Of a stretch of 64,000 nucleotides of DNA, positions 50,681 through 61,681 are shown piece after piece. Every line of letters starts with the position of its first letter. Position 1 is the first letter of the stretch. The notes under the pieces were generated by a model, which saw only the letters and a list, made by a program, of their open reading frames with translations, had not been told where the DNA came from and searched no databases. The stretch is from Chlamydiales bacterium (GTDB lineage Bacteria > Chlamydiota > Chlamydiia > Chlamydiales > JACRBE01), in NCBI GenBank assembly GCA_016213235.1, contig JACRBE010000043.1, forward strand, positions 18,407 to 82,406, in the 5' to 3' direction. A program made the position numbers and the translations under genes.

Positions 50681-52087
50681 TTATTTTTTTGTTTTTGGTG
50701 GAAAATGAATAGGCGTATCACTAGCAAGGAGCGCAGCTTCTAACCATCCTTCTAGCATGGTTGGATGAGCGTGAATAGTTTCTGTTACACAACCAAGCGT
50801 TAGTTCATTTTGAATAGCAATTGCCATTTCTCCGATTAAGTCCGACGCGCCATGGCCTACTACTGTAGCACCTAATATTTTTTGAGTATGATGATCAATG
50901 ATAATTTCTGTAAAGCCCTCTGTTTCGAGTGTGGCAATAGCCTTACCATGATGTTGAAAAGGAAAAGAAGTTGCAATTGCCGGGTAGCCCTTTTCTTTTG
51001 CCATTTCAAGGGTGAGGCCTACCATAGCAATCTCCGGGTAGGTAAAAATAACGGCAGGAACAGCATGATAATGCATGATGGCATGTTGGCTAGAAGCGTT
51101 GGCGGCAGCAACAATACCCTGATGAGAAGCTACATGAGCTAGCATCGCTTTTCCAGTAACATCACCAATGGCATAAATTCCAGGAATAAGTGTTTCCATT
51201 TTTTCATTTACCGCAATCATCCCTTTATCTGTTGTAGCAAGACCAATTGCATTTAGATTAAGGCTATCTGTTACTATTTTTCTTCCTATTGCAATAAGTG
51301 CTTTTTCTGCTTCTATTGTTTTGCCATCAGATAGTTTTACTACAACACCATTACTAGTTTTTACAATTTCTGCAACGGAGCTATTAGTAAGAATAGTAAT
51401 CTGTTGCTTTTGAAATGCTTTTGTTAGAGTGTCACTTACTTTTTTTCCTTGAGTAGATACAATGGAAGGAAGCGCTTCAATAATCGTTACTTTTGATCCT
51501 AGTGTAGCAAATAAAGAGGCAAATTCACAGCCGATATAACCGCCGCCTACAATAGCAAGTGATGCTGGTACATGAGTTAATTCTAATATAGAGGTAGAGT
51601 TTAGTATTTTATCATGATCTGGTAAGAATGCCTTAATATCTAATGGCTCAGAGCCAGTTGCAATAATAATCTTGCTTGCACGAATAATAAAAACAGTATC
51701 TTCTGCATGTATTTTTAGTTCATTATTAGATACAAATGAAGCTTTTCCACTAATAATTTCTATTTTATTTGCTTTTAGAAGACTCTCTAAGCTTGACCTA
51801 ATTTTTTTGATCACTTGATCTTTACGATCTTTCATTTTTGCATAGTCAAATCGTTTATTATCTACGTAAATTCCAAATTCTTCTGCATGTGATATTTTTC
51901 TATATACATCTGCATTAGCAAGAAGTGTTTTTGTTGGGATACAGCCACAGTTTAAACAAGAGCCACCCAAGTAATTTTGTTCGATTAAAGCAACTTTTTT
52001 GCCATTTTGTGCAGCTTTAATCGCTGCTACATATCCACCGGGACCAGCGCCAATAATGGCTATATCGAACTCCCTCTGAATTGACAT
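50681..52087 (-). CDS. lpdA: Dihydrolipoamide dehydrogenase
   Basis: GAGPGGY, GGSCLNCGCIPTK, HAHPT. Confidence 0.96.
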   Translation of the reverse strand: MSIQREFDIAIIGAGPGGYVAAIKAAQNGKKVALIEQNYLGGSCLNCGCIPTKTLLANADVYRKISHAEEFGIYVDNKRFDYAKMKDRKDQVIKKIRSSLESLLKANKIEIISGKASFVSNNELKIHAEDTVFIIRASKIIIATGSEPLDIKAFLPDHDKILNSTSILELTHVPASLAIVGGGYIGCEFASLFATLGSKVTIIEALPSIVSTQGKKVSDTLTKAFQKQQITILTNSSVAEIVKTSNGVVVKLSDGKTIEAEKALIAIGRKIVTDSLNLNAIGLATTDKGMIAVNEKMETLIPGIYAIGDVTGKAMLAHVASHQGIVAAANASSQHAIMHYHAVPAVIFTYPEIAMVGLTLEMAKEKGYPAIATSFPFQHHGKAIATLETEGFTEIIIDHHTQKILGATVVGHGASDLIGEMAIAIQNELTLGCVTETIHAHPTMLEGWLEAALLASDTPIHFPPKTKK

Positions 52088-52169
52088 TGTGATACTCCTT
52101 GTTGTATCTATTGATTTTAAGTGTTAGTATGGAAAAAAGAAACCAATAATTTTATTTTTCAAATTCTCT

Positions 52170-52592
52170 ATGGAAAAAGAGCGCACAAAGCTGTGTCCTC
52201 ATTGTGAAGGTCGCGTGCCCATTGCTTCTGATGAATGTCCCTATTGTGGGCAAAATATTTTCTTTGATGACTTTTCTTATCCACAAGAAACAACTTCTAA
52301 ATTTATCCCCCCTTATGCAGCATCTGCTTCTATTCATCTGGAAGAGCCACAACATAAAAGAGTGGAAACAGCTCGAAGTGAGGAAAAAGAGAAACAAAAG
52401 CAAAAATCTCTTTTACTTACTATTTTATTCCTATCGGTAGGAAGTTGTTTATTTACACTTGGATTAATCATCTTTTTTTTCTCTGAAAATGGTAAATTAA
52501 TTTTAGAATGGAAGAGCCGTTATAGTCTTTTTTACTGTCTTATTGCTGCCCCATTTTTATATATCGGGTGGCTTCGATTAAAAAACGAATAA
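52170..52592 (+). CDS. Zinc-ribbon membrane protein
   Basis: CPHC...CPYC, followed by two C-terminal TMs. Confidence 0.75.
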   Translation: MEKERTKLCPHCEGRVPIASDECPYCGQNIFFDDFSYPQETTSKFIPPYAASASIHLEEPQHKRVETARSEEKEKQKQKSLLLTILFLSVGSCLFTLGLIIFFFSENGKLILEWKSRYSLFYCLIAAPFLYIGWLRLKNE

Positions 52593-52673
52593 AAATTATT
52601 TTAAAATAATTTGTTTGGTTTGCTTTTTATCACTTTCTTGTTAAACTCTTTTTCGAAAATATAAAGGTTTATT

Positions 52674-53987
52674 ATGGATCTTTCAAATTATAAACATCTC
52701 GATTTAAGAGCTCAATTTCGTCACAATCATCCATTGACAGATGATGCTCCATTGCCGAGCCAAGAATTTGATAAATATCTTGCTTCTATAGAAAAAAGGA
52801 TAGCTTCTTTAGATGTCTTTTCTGATTTTCATACAGGAGATAACGTAGATATAGCTAGAAGAGTGCCTTATCAGATTCAAGCAAAAGAAGGTTATTTCAC
52901 TCGAAAAGTTCAAATTGTGCAAAGCGATGATGCTTCTTGTATGGATAAGTGGCTTGCTATTAGTATGCTGGCAATATCTATTATTTTCCTTGTGGGACTT
53001 GTTCTTGTTCCAATGGCAGTAGTCAGATCTAGTCATATTATGGAAGCTGCTGATTTAATGAATAAGGTAACAGTGACAAAATGGAATATGGCATATGATG
53101 TGCACCCATCTTCATTAGAAGATGATACAGCCAATGATTTTATTACAGGTATAGAAGAATTATATAAATTTGATGCTACTGCATGCAAAGGTGATCGATC
53201 AGCTAGTTTTATTATCAATCAAGTAGAAAAACAAGAGACGAGAGATCCTGCAGATCCTACCAAAGTGATTCATACAGATCTTATATTTGATACACTACGG
53301 TTCAATGCCGATGATGGTATCAAGAAAATGATTGATTCTTTGGATAAAAAAACAACATTTAGAATAGCAATTGGTTATTCTCATATTTTAACCGCCTCAC
53401 AATCTATGTATTATACAAACATAGTCGAAGACGATCCAAAATTATTTTTTATGGGAGTCCCGGTGCAGAGTGCAACCGATCGTGGCATTTTAATAATAAG
53501 ACCAAACCCAAATTATCGGATTACTTATCACCAAACCATGTCAGATGGAAGTATTGTAATAAAAACACAGGATGCCGGAGATACATTTACTCCAAATGAT
53601 GGGGCTATTGCTGTGAGAAAAACGGTAGATATGGATCAATTTGATGTGGTATTAATATATGATATTACAAAAACCAAACCGCATGGAGCTATTTCCTTTA
53701 AGCAAAAAAAACTAGGTGATTTAAGTGATGAGAGCCTAAAAGGGGCATGTATCCAAGTATTACAACAGATTAAGGGCGTAGCAGTAGATACACCACAGTA
53801 TCTTTTGATAAGAAAAGATGATAAATTTCTGAGAGAGATCGACGTGCCAAAACCAACGCTTCCTACAAGCAAGGGGCCGTTGCCCCTAAGAAGTTCGGTA
53901 ATAGGAGCCTTTGGGCCGATAGTTATGCCTAAGCCGATAGTTATGCCTAAACGGCCTGTAGCATCAACTGCTACGACATCAAAATAG
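52674..53987 (+). CDS. Hypothetical membrane protein (paralog A)
   Basis: One long hydrophobic segment near aa 93-117; Pro-rich tail with a duplicated PIVMPK. Confidence 0.7.
   Translation: MDLSNYKHLDLRAQFRHNHPLTDDAPLPSQEFDKYLASIEKRIASLDVFSDFHTGDNVDIARRVPYQIQAKEGYFTRKVQIVQSDDASCMDKWLAISMLAISIIFLVGLVLVPMAVVRSSHIMEAADLMNKVTVTKWNMAYDVHPSSLEDDTANDFITGIEELYKFDATACKGDRSASFIINQVEKQETRDPADPTKVIHTDLIFDTLRFNADDGIKKMIDSLDKKTTFRIAIGYSHILTASQSMYYTNIVEDDPKLFFMGVPVQSATDRGILIIRPNPNYRITYHQTMSDGSIVIKTQDAGDTFTPNDGAIAVRKTVDMDQFDVVLIYDITKTKPHGAISFKQKKLGDLSDESLKGACIQVLQQIKGVAVDTPQYLLIRKDDKFLREIDVPKPTLPTSKGPLPLRSSVIGAFGPIVMPKPIVMPKRPVASTATTSK
53915..53950 (+). repeat. Exact 18-bp tandem duplication
   Basis: GCCGATAGTTATGCCTAA x2, in frame. 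Confidence 0.9.
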
Positions 53988-54110
53988 ATTTTTTTAACAT
54001 TGCATTATCTCAAGCAAAAAGGTGTGATGCAATGCTAAAGAAAAATTAAAAAAATCTTTATTTTTTCTTAATATTATTGTACAACTTGTTTCTTTAACAA
54101 GAGGCATGTC

Positions 54111-55187
54111 ATGGATGTTGCAAGAATCACACCACCTGTATCGCGGCTTTTAGTCCTACAAAAAGCATTAACTATTACAGAAAAAAAACAAACAGAAGAG
54201 AAAGATAAAAGAAACGCAATCATAGCATTGAATCTTTTTTCAGGACTTCAACCATCCAATTACAAGACAGCACAAAACTATGCAATCCAACGTGATTTTT
54301 TCACGGGAAAAATCGATCAGATCACATCTGATAACTGTGAAGAAAAAACGGTGGCAATTATTATTATAGCACTAAGTATTTTATCGCTAATAGGGATCTA
54401 TTTTGTTGTAAATGGGATGATCAAGAGTGCTGAATATAGTAAGCGAGAGCAAGAATTTGTAGCGATACAATCAAATGAAATAAAACTACAAAAAAGACAC
54501 GACTATTTAGAACAAAGAATACAGACTTTACAAGTCTCTACTGCTTTACCAGGCTCTCGACATCTAGATAGTGCACAACCATCAATACCTGTTGACGATG
54601 GTAGGGCAAGAGAGTTAACACCATCTTCCATAGGATCCGATGTTCCTAGTATAGAAATCCTTGCTGACGAACTGGAAGAGGAGTCTACAGAGCCTATGTT
54701 CATATGTTTACAACAGTTTATAGAGCAGCATGGGATTGCAGTGATAGAGAAAACAGGTGATTCTACCATGATGTGGAGCATTGATGCACTGCCTAAAATA
54801 ATTGGTTGGTTAAAGAAGCAGTTTCTAACTAAAGAAGAAAGGAAGCCGCTAGCGGCTGCTACCATGCTTATGCAAGAAGAAGGACAAGCATGCTCTATTA
54901 TAATAGGATTGAAGGTTAGAGAGGAGTCTGCACATGCGGATCTGCCAAGTAAACATTTCCTTTATCTTGTAATTCCAAATAAAAAAGAGGCAGCTTTTCA
55001 ATATCGCATGGAAATTTACGATATTACAGAGTTGTCTGAAGGTAAAGAGTTGTCATTAATGGGAACGCCTATAGAAGAACAAAGAGATATCATGTCAATG
55101 TTAGAAGGCATATATAAAAAAGAAGGATGGTCTTCAAATCCCCACGACAAAACAGTAAGAAAAATTTTTAGCATGAACCAAAAATAG
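54111..55187 (+). CDS. Hypothetical membrane protein (paralog B)
   Basis: Shares an N-terminal FT.K...SD..C..K..AI...A.SI..L.G module with 52674-53987; coiled coil after the TM. Confidence 0.7.
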   Translation: MDVARITPPVSRLLVLQKALTITEKKQTEEKDKRNAIIALNLFSGLQPSNYKTAQNYAIQRDFFTGKIDQITSDNCEEKTVAIIIIALSILSLIGIYFVVNGMIKSAEYSKREQEFVAIQSNEIKLQKRHDYLEQRIQTLQVSTALPGSRHLDSAQPSIPVDDGRARELTPSSIGSDVPSIEILADELEEESTEPMFICLQQFIEQHGIAVIEKTGDSTMMWSIDALPKIIGWLKKQFLTKEERKPLAAATMLMQEEGQACSIIIGLKVREESAHADLPSKHFLYLVIPNKKEAAFQYRMEIYDITELSEGKELSLMGTPIEEQRDIMSMLEGIYKKEGWSSNPHDKTVRKIFSMNQK

Positions 55188-55221
55188 AGTAGTTGGTTCT
55201 TGTGCTCTCTATCAGATTTGT

Positions 55222-58122
55222 TTAATCATCAAAATGCACAAAGGTTGCAAATTTTTCTTGGTTTAATGTTTTTTGTACCGCTTCATATAGCTGTTTAGAA
55301 TGATGTAGCATCATTTCAAAACTAAACAGAGCATGTGAGATCTCTGTTTTTACATGATTGGAAAATTCATGAAACAAATGAAAAGCTTCTTGCTTGAATT
55401 CAATTAATGGGTCTTTTTGTCCGACAACTCTCATATTTACTTCACTACGAAGATTGTCGATTGCTAAAAGATGCTCTTGCCAGTTACGGTCAATTGTTTT
55501 AATGATTAAGGAGCGCAGCACATCAATAAGCACATCAAGGGGGTTTATTTCTTTTCCTGATGTCTTTTGAAGAGCAGCTATTAGTTTTGCTTCATGTTCT
55601 AATTTTTGTTTGAATGTGTCAGAAATCTTGTTATATACGATGGTTTCTATCTCTTCATGCGTTAGTTTCTTGCCTTCTAGTTCGTGATGTTCAATAGCAA
55701 CAGGAAAATGAAGGGATATCTGCTGTAAATAAGTTGCAAGATCAAAGTTTTTTTGACTGCTAGTCAGTAGAGATTGCATGATGCCTGCATTGGTATCTTC
55801 TAAAACAGAGCAAGCAAGTTTGATGGAATTTTCATGATATAACACTTCATTTCTAAAATTATATACCTCTTGTCGTTGCTTGTTCATGACGTCATCATAT
55901 TCTAAGGTATGCTTACGCATAGAGAAATTTCTTTGCTCTATTCTCTTTTGTGCCGTTTCAATCGAGCGATTCAGTACGGGAGCGGAGATCGGTTCTCCTT
56001 CTGGAGGACGGAAACGTTGTAAAAAAACAGATAGTTTTGGAGAAGTAAATAGCCTCATTAATGTATCTTCAAAAGAGACATAAAATTTTGATGTGCCAGG
56101 ATCCCCTTGTCTAGCGCAACGTCCTCTTAATTGTCTATCAATACGTCTAGAGTGATGTCTTGTTGTGCCAATCACATGAAGCCCTCCTCTCTGAGCTATA
56201 CCATCTCCTAGTTTAATATCTGTACCTCTACCTGCCATATTAGTAGCTACTGTAATGGCGCTTTTAGCTCCTGCGCTTGCAATAATTTCTGCCTCTTTTG
56301 CGTGATTCTTTGCATTCAATACAGTATGTTCTAATCGGTTTTGTCTCAAAATACGGGATAACTTTTCAGAGATATCCACAGATTCTGTTCCTATGAGAAT
56401 AGGACGTCCTTGATTGTGAATTTGAGTAATATCTTTTAAAAGAGCTTGATACTTTTCTCTCTCTGTCATGTAAATTTCATCATCAGCATCGACACGTTTA
56501 CATGGACGATGTGTAGGAATGGCAAGCACTTTTAACTGATAAATTTGTTTAAACTCATTTGCTTCTGTCATCGCAGTACCGGTCATTCCACCAAGATGAG
56601 AATACATTCTGAAGTAGTTTTGCAACGTGATAGTAGCGTAAGTTTGTGTTTCTTGTTGGATAGCAACGTTTTCTTTTGCTTCAATTGATTGATGCAAGCC
56701 ATCAGAAAATCTTCTACCAGGTTGTGGTCTACCGGTGTTTTCATCGATAATAACAATCTTTCCATTTTCGATAATGTAATCTACATCTTTTTCCATCAGT
56801 AAGTGTGCTCGAAATAACTGACGCACATTATGGGCTTTCTCTTTTCGTTTGCTATCATCTTCTCGAAGGGTAATCTTTTTTTGTAATTTTTCATCATCAC
56901 TCAAGGAAGTATCTTCATCGACTTGTGCATACTCATAACCTAGGTCTAACATGAGAAAATCATCTTCAGAATTGGTTGGATATTGTGCCCACTGTTGTAT
57001 TCCTTTATCCGTTAGCTCATAATCAGATGATCTCTCATCAACAATAATATAAAGTTCGGAGAGATTTTTTGATTTTTCTTCTTTATTTTGTTCAGCATAA
57101 AAATAAGTTTCCAGATCTTCCAATTGTTTTCTTAAATCAGGATTTTCTTTCACTCGCTTTAATACTTTATTGGTAGGAGTTCCTTTGCTTACAAGCCAAA
57201 GTTTTCTTAGTGCTTCATCTACCTCTTTTTGCTCTTCTTTAAGAAGTTTTTTTGGAGTTTCTGACTCTTCTAACAAGTTATACTTATCCAATATTCGTTT
57301 TGCATCGGTTGCGAGTTTATTGCAGTAATCACGCTGTATTTTTACAATGGTTGAAACAGGATTTTTTAATTCATGGTAGAGTTGGTTAGAAGAGGGGATA
57401 GGACCAGAAATGATTAATGGAGTTCTTGCTTCATCAATCAAAATAGAGTCAATTTCATCAATAATTGCAAAATAGTGACCGCGCTGTACGACTTCATTTT
57501 TTGATTGTGCCATGGAGTTGTCACGTAAATAGTCAAACCCAAATTCAGAGGCTGTTCCATATACAATATCGGCTAGGTAGGTGGATTTTCTCTCTTCTAA
57601 AGGTGTTTCATTAGTAAGAGCTTTTACGGTAAGTCCCAAAAATCGAAAAATCTCCCCAATCCACTGACAGTCTCTTTGAGCTAGATAGTCATTGACTGTA
57701 ACAAGATGTGTAGGTTTCCCTGTAAGGGCGTGTAAATAGAGGGGCATAACAGCGGTAAGGGTCTTCCCCTCGCCAGTTTGCATTTCTGCAATGGACCTGT
57801 GATGCATAGCAATAGCGCCGAGCATCTGTACATCATAGGGGATCATATCCCATTTTTGATTATAACCAGATACATGAATCTCTTGTCCACACAGTCTTCG
57901 ACAAGCATTTTTTACGACTGCAAAAGCCTCTTCTAGTATGGTATCAACACTCGCACCATGCGATAATTTTTTCTTTAATTCCTCTGTTTTTGCACGCAAC
58001 TGTTGATCACTAAGGGATCCAAGACTTGATTCTATTTCATTGATGTTTTTAACAATTTTTTGATAGCGCTTTAAGATTCTCGATTGTTCTGTTCCAAATA
58101 TTTTTTTTAATAAATTCAGCAT
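55222..58122 (-). CDS. secA: Preprotein translocase subunit SecA
   Basis: EMQTGEGKT, FGFDYLRDN, DEARTPLIISG, TNMAGRGTDI, RQLRGRCARQGDPG. Confidence 0.98.
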   Translation of the reverse strand: MLNLLKKIFGTEQSRILKRYQKIVKNINEIESSLGSLSDQQLRAKTEELKKKLSHGASVDTILEEAFAVVKNACRRLCGQEIHVSGYNQKWDMIPYDVQMLGAIAMHHRSIAEMQTGEGKTLTAVMPLYLHALTGKPTHLVTVNDYLAQRDCQWIGEIFRFLGLTVKALTNETPLEERKSTYLADIVYGTASEFGFDYLRDNSMAQSKNEVVQRGHYFAIIDEIDSILIDEARTPLIISGPIPSSNQLYHELKNPVSTIVKIQRDYCNKLATDAKRILDKYNLLEESETPKKLLKEEQKEVDEALRKLWLVSKGTPTNKVLKRVKENPDLRKQLEDLETYFYAEQNKEEKSKNLSELYIIVDERSSDYELTDKGIQQWAQYPTNSEDDFLMLDLGYEYAQVDEDTSLSDDEKLQKKITLREDDSKRKEKAHNVRQLFRAHLLMEKDVDYIIENGKIVIIDENTGRPQPGRRFSDGLHQSIEAKENVAIQQETQTYATITLQNYFRMYSHLGGMTGTAMTEANEFKQIYQLKVLAIPTHRPCKRVDADDEIYMTEREKYQALLKDITQIHNQGRPILIGTESVDISEKLSRILRQNRLEHTVLNAKNHAKEAEIIASAGAKSAITVATNMAGRGTDIKLGDGIAQRGGLHVIGTTRHHSRRIDRQLRGRCARQGDPGTSKFYVSFEDTLMRLFTSPKLSVFLQRFRPPEGEPISAPVLNRSIETAQKRIEQRNFSMRKHTLEYDDVMNKQRQEVYNFRNEVLYHENSIKLACSVLEDTNAGIMQSLLTSSQKNFDLATYLQQISLHFPVAIEHHELEGKKLTHEEIETIVYNKISDTFKQKLEHEAKLIAALQKTSGKEINPLDVLIDVLRSLIIKTIDRNWQEHLLAIDNLRSEVNMRVVGQKDPLIEFKQEAFHLFHEFSNHVKTEISHALFSFEMMLHHSKQLYEAVQKTLNQEKFATFVHFDD

Positions 58123-58204
58123 TTTGCACCCTTAGATATTATATATATGCTATACTTGTTAAAACCGTAAAATGAGTGTATCATAAAAGTATTTGATTTG
58201 TGTA

Positions 58205-59113
58205 ATGGAAAAATTACTTGTTTATAACAAAAAATTAAATCGCATAGAACAAGAAAAAGTGTATGGCAATACGTTTGTACAGTTATTATATGGGCGCCAT
58301 CTAAAAAACAGTGTAGGCCCTTTGCTAAGGCTGGTTGTTACCCGGTATCCTATTTGGTCCTTCATTTATGGAAAATTCCAACATACAAAAGGCTCTAAAA
58401 AAAAGATCAAACCTTTTATCGAATATTTTGAAGTGGATGCCTCAGAGTTTCAAAAAAAGGTAGAAGATTTTACATCTTTTAATGATTTTTTTATTCGAAA
58501 GCTAAAGCCGGAAAAACGACCGATCGATCTGGATCCCATGACGCTCATTGCACCATGTGATGGGAGATTTCATGTGATAGAAAATATCACCATGGAGACC
58601 TCTTTTATGCTAAAGGGAAAACTCTTTGATTTATCAAAGGCTTTAAAAGATGAGTTGCTTGCTAAAAAATATGAGGGGGGGAGTATGGTACTTGCAAGGC
58701 TATGCCCTACAGATTACCACCGATTTCATTTTCCCTCCGATGGGTTTTGCAGTGAAAGGAAAAAAATTAAAGGAAAATTACATTCGGTAAATCCAATTGC
58801 AATTAAACAGATCACTTCTACATTTTGGGAAAATAAACGAGAAGTCTCTGTATTCAAAACAAGCTATTTTAATGATATATTAATGGTAGAAGTTGGAGCT
58901 GTTTGTGTAGGAACAATTCATCAGACATATACGCCAAATGAAAAAATAAAAAAAGGGGATGAAAAAGGGTATTTTTCCTTTGGAGGGTCTTCGATTCTTC
59001 TATTGTTTAAACAAAGAAGTATTCAATTCGATAAGACGCTGCTAGATTATTCTAAACAAGGGATCGAAGTTAAATTAGAGCTAGGAAGCTGTTTAGGAAA
59101 AAGTCTGTTATAG
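58205..59113 (+). CDS. psd: Phosphatidylserine decarboxylase proenzyme
   Basis: SFNDFFIRKLKP, RLCPTDYHRFH, WENKR, FGGSS cleavage motif. Confidence 0.93.
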   Translation: MEKLLVYNKKLNRIEQEKVYGNTFVQLLYGRHLKNSVGPLLRLVVTRYPIWSFIYGKFQHTKGSKKKIKPFIEYFEVDASEFQKKVEDFTSFNDFFIRKLKPEKRPIDLDPMTLIAPCDGRFHVIENITMETSFMLKGKLFDLSKALKDELLAKKYEGGSMVLARLCPTDYHRFHFPSDGFCSERKKIKGKLHSVNPIAIKQITSTFWENKREVSVFKTSYFNDILMVEVGAVCVGTIHQTYTPNEKIKKGDEKGYFSFGGSSILLLFKQRSIQFDKTLLDYSKQGIEVKLELGSCLGKSLL

Positions 59114-59722
59114 CAACAAGCAAATAGGGCAGTTTTCTTTTTTATGTCCTCTTGCAGAGCAGTACTCTCTTCCAAAATAAATCATTTGTAGGTGGAGTTT
59201 TTTCCATCGATTTTTTGGGAAAAAAACTTTTAGATCTTTTTCTATTTTATTCACTGTTTTTCCCTTAGAAATATCCCATCGTTTTGCAAGACGATAAATA
59301 TGCGTGTCTACTGGAAATGCGTCTGCATTAAATGCTTGAATCATTACAACACTGGCTGTTTTATGCCCCACTCCCGGTAGTCGCTCTAATTCTTCTATAG
59401 ATCTAGGAACGTTTCCCTTATATTCATTTACTAAAATGGTAGATAGGTTTTTTATCGATGTTGCTTTTTTTAGGCTGAGTCCACAAGGTCTAATAATATC
59501 TTGAATTTCTTCTACGGATAAAAGAGACATTTTTATTGGTGTGTTTGCTCTTTTAAATAAGAGAGGCGTGATTTCGTTTACTTTTTTATCTGTACATTGC
59601 GCAGATAAAATAACAGCGATCAAAAGGGTATAAGGATTTTCATGTAACAAAGGAATAGGAGGATTGGGATAGAGATCTTCTAATATATTTAAGATAAAAG
59701 CCTGTTTTTCGCTTTTTTTCAT
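59108..59722 (-). CDS. nth: Endonuclease III
   Basis: LSAQCTD, LPGVGHKTA, FPVDTH, Cys cluster; start overlaps the mnmE stop (ATGA). Confidence 0.93.
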   Translation of the reverse strand: MKKSEKQAFILNILEDLYPNPPIPLLHENPYTLLIAVILSAQCTDKKVNEITPLLFKRANTPIKMSLLSVEEIQDIIRPCGLSLKKATSIKNLSTILVNEYKGNVPRSIEELERLPGVGHKTASVVMIQAFNADAFPVDTHIYRLAKRWDISKGKTVNKIEKDLKVFFPKNRWKKLHLQMIYFGREYCSARGHKKENCPICLLL

Positions 59723-61092
59723 TTTCCAACACAAAATTTTGAGAAGATAGAATCTAAAATATCCTCTGTTATATTTCTGCCAATAATATGACCAAGAGAT
59801 TTTAAACACTCTCTTAAATCAATGGAGAGAAATTCAGGAGATATTTGCAGCTGGAACCCTTCTATGCATTTATTTAAGTGTGATAACGATTCTTGTAATG
59901 CATGGAAATGACGTTGCTTGGTAAGCAATAGTTCTGCATCGTTTAATTGCTGTGATTCAAGTGCTTTTGCCTTAATTGTTTGTTTGAGAGCTTCTATACC
60001 AATAGTTTCTTTGGCAGATATGCAAAGACTGTCAAGGAATAAACCCATATCACAGGGAGTGGACTGATCTATTTTATTCCAGATAATAATACGCTTATGT
60101 TTGGGAAGTGCATGAATTAAATCGAGCTCTTCCCTGCTCACCTGTTTAGTAGCATCTAATAAAAATAGGATAATATCAGACTCTAGCGCTTTTTGATGAG
60201 ATCTTCTAATACCTTCTTGCTCAATGATCTCTTCCGTTTCTCTAATGCCTGCAGTATCTGTAATGCGAAAGGATAGCTGATCAATGATAAGCTCTTCTTC
60301 GATTAAATCCCTTGTAGTTCCAGGTATGGGGGTTACGATAGCTCGATCTTTACGAAGAAGAGCATTTAATAAAGAAGATTTGCCTACATTGGGTATCCCC
60401 ATAATACATAGTTCAAGGCCTTCACTAAGCCTTTTTCCATCATGAAAGGTCTCTAGGAGTTGTTTCATTTGGTGAAATATTGTTAATAAACGCTGATTCA
60501 TTTCCTCTTCACTAGCAAACTCTAAGCCCTCTTCTGGATAATCTACCCATGCTTCAATAATTGCTGTAATGTCAGTAATTTCTTCCTGGAAATAACGAAT
60601 TCTCTCTGATAACTTCCCAAGTAATTGTTGTTTAGCTAGTTTATATCCGATTTCATTTTTTGCATGGATCATTTCTTGAATGGCTTCTGCTTGAGATAGA
60701 TCTATTTTCCCATTTAGGAAGGCTCTTTGTGTGAATTCTCCAGGAAGGGCAAGTGTGGCGCCATGATAAAGGAGTAGCGTCAAAATTTTATTAGGAATAA
60801 TGACTCCTCCATGGCAATGAATTTCTACAACGTCTTCTCCAGTAAAGCTTTTAGGAGATCTCATGATAAAAAAGAGCACTTCATCAACTACCTGGTTATG
60901 TTGATCCACAACCACTGCATACTTTACGACATGGGATTTAATTTCTATCAAATTAATAGAGAGCAGTTTATTTGCAATATGGATGGCATCTTGTCCCGAT
61001 AGGCGGATGACTGCAACGCCCCCCTCGCCAATAGCGGACGCTATAGCTGTAATGGTATGTAGTGATCTGTTTTGCAAAGGTATGAAATCCAT
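59719..61092 (-). CDS. mnmE: tRNA modification GTPase MnmE
   Basis: SFTGEDVVEIHCHGG, GIPNVGKSS, PGTTRD, DTAGIR, FCVGK; start taken at MDFIP. Confidence 0.96.
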   Translation of the reverse strand: MDFIPLQNRSLHTITAIASAIGEGGVAVIRLSGQDAIHIANKLLSINLIEIKSHVVKYAVVVDQHNQVVDEVLFFIMRSPKSFTGEDVVEIHCHGGVIIPNKILTLLLYHGATLALPGEFTQRAFLNGKIDLSQAEAIQEMIHAKNEIGYKLAKQQLLGKLSERIRYFQEEITDITAIIEAWVDYPEEGLEFASEEEMNQRLLTIFHQMKQLLETFHDGKRLSEGLELCIMGIPNVGKSSLLNALLRKDRAIVTPIPGTTRDLIEEELIIDQLSFRITDTAGIRETEEIIEQEGIRRSHQKALESDIILFLLDATKQVSREELDLIHALPKHKRIIIWNKIDQSTPCDMGLFLDSLCISAKETIGIEALKQTIKAKALESQQLNDAELLLTKQRHFHALQESLSHLNKCIEGFQLQISPEFLSIDLRECLKSLGHIIGRNITEDILDSIFSKFCVGK

Positions 61093-61264
61093 AATAGGGG
61101 AAGTATAACAAGAGGAAGAAAAAATCACTATATTTATCCTGCCATTCAAATAATTAATTGTTAAATTGTTATGATTTCATTATAAAGATTGTTTTTAATA
61201 GTCTTTTATAAATAATTGTTTTTATTCATAATTAGATTAGAAGCCATGAGCAATAAAAAGCAAT

Positions 61265-61681
61265 ATGAGTATTTATAATCTTCCTCCATATGGTAGTGGA
61301 CAATACCCCTCTTTTAGTGAAAAAGATGCACTGGTGCAAATTAGCCGTAATGCGGATGGTTTGATTAATGAAATTGATAAAATGCAGACATATTTAGATG
61401 CTCATCAAAATGGTGATATTAGCGATAGAAAATTTCATGCATCATTAAATACCGTAGTACAACACTTTTCGGATTTTATTGTTTCTGTGCAGCAGCTTGT
61501 GATAGAAAATCCAGCCTATACAGAGCAATTGATTGCTGCAAAGGAAGCTTATAATGTCCTGTTACAGCCAGTTGTAGTAGAAAACTATAATCACGCTCCT
61601 AATGCAAGTCAACTTGGCGCTTTGCAGCATAGCTTAGGTCAGATCAAACAGACATTAAACGATATAGTAGGGCAATTTTAA
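61265..61681 (+). CDS. Hypothetical helical protein (orphan)
   Basis: 138-aa ORF with its own AT-rich upstream region; no domain recognised. Confidence 0.6.
   Translation: MSIYNLPPYGSGQYPSFSEKDALVQISRNADGLINEIDKMQTYLDAHQNGDISDRKFHASLNTVVQHFSDFIVSVQQLVIENPAYTEQLIAAKEAYNVLLQPVVVENYNHAPNASQLGALQHSLGQIKQTLNDIVGQF

Noticed and set aside
59723-59809. N-terminal extension of nth in the ORF track (likewise lipA, ruvA, ruvC, mnmE)
   Set aside because: The extensions overlap upstream genes or lack homology-like sequence; downstream ATGs fit the family starts.
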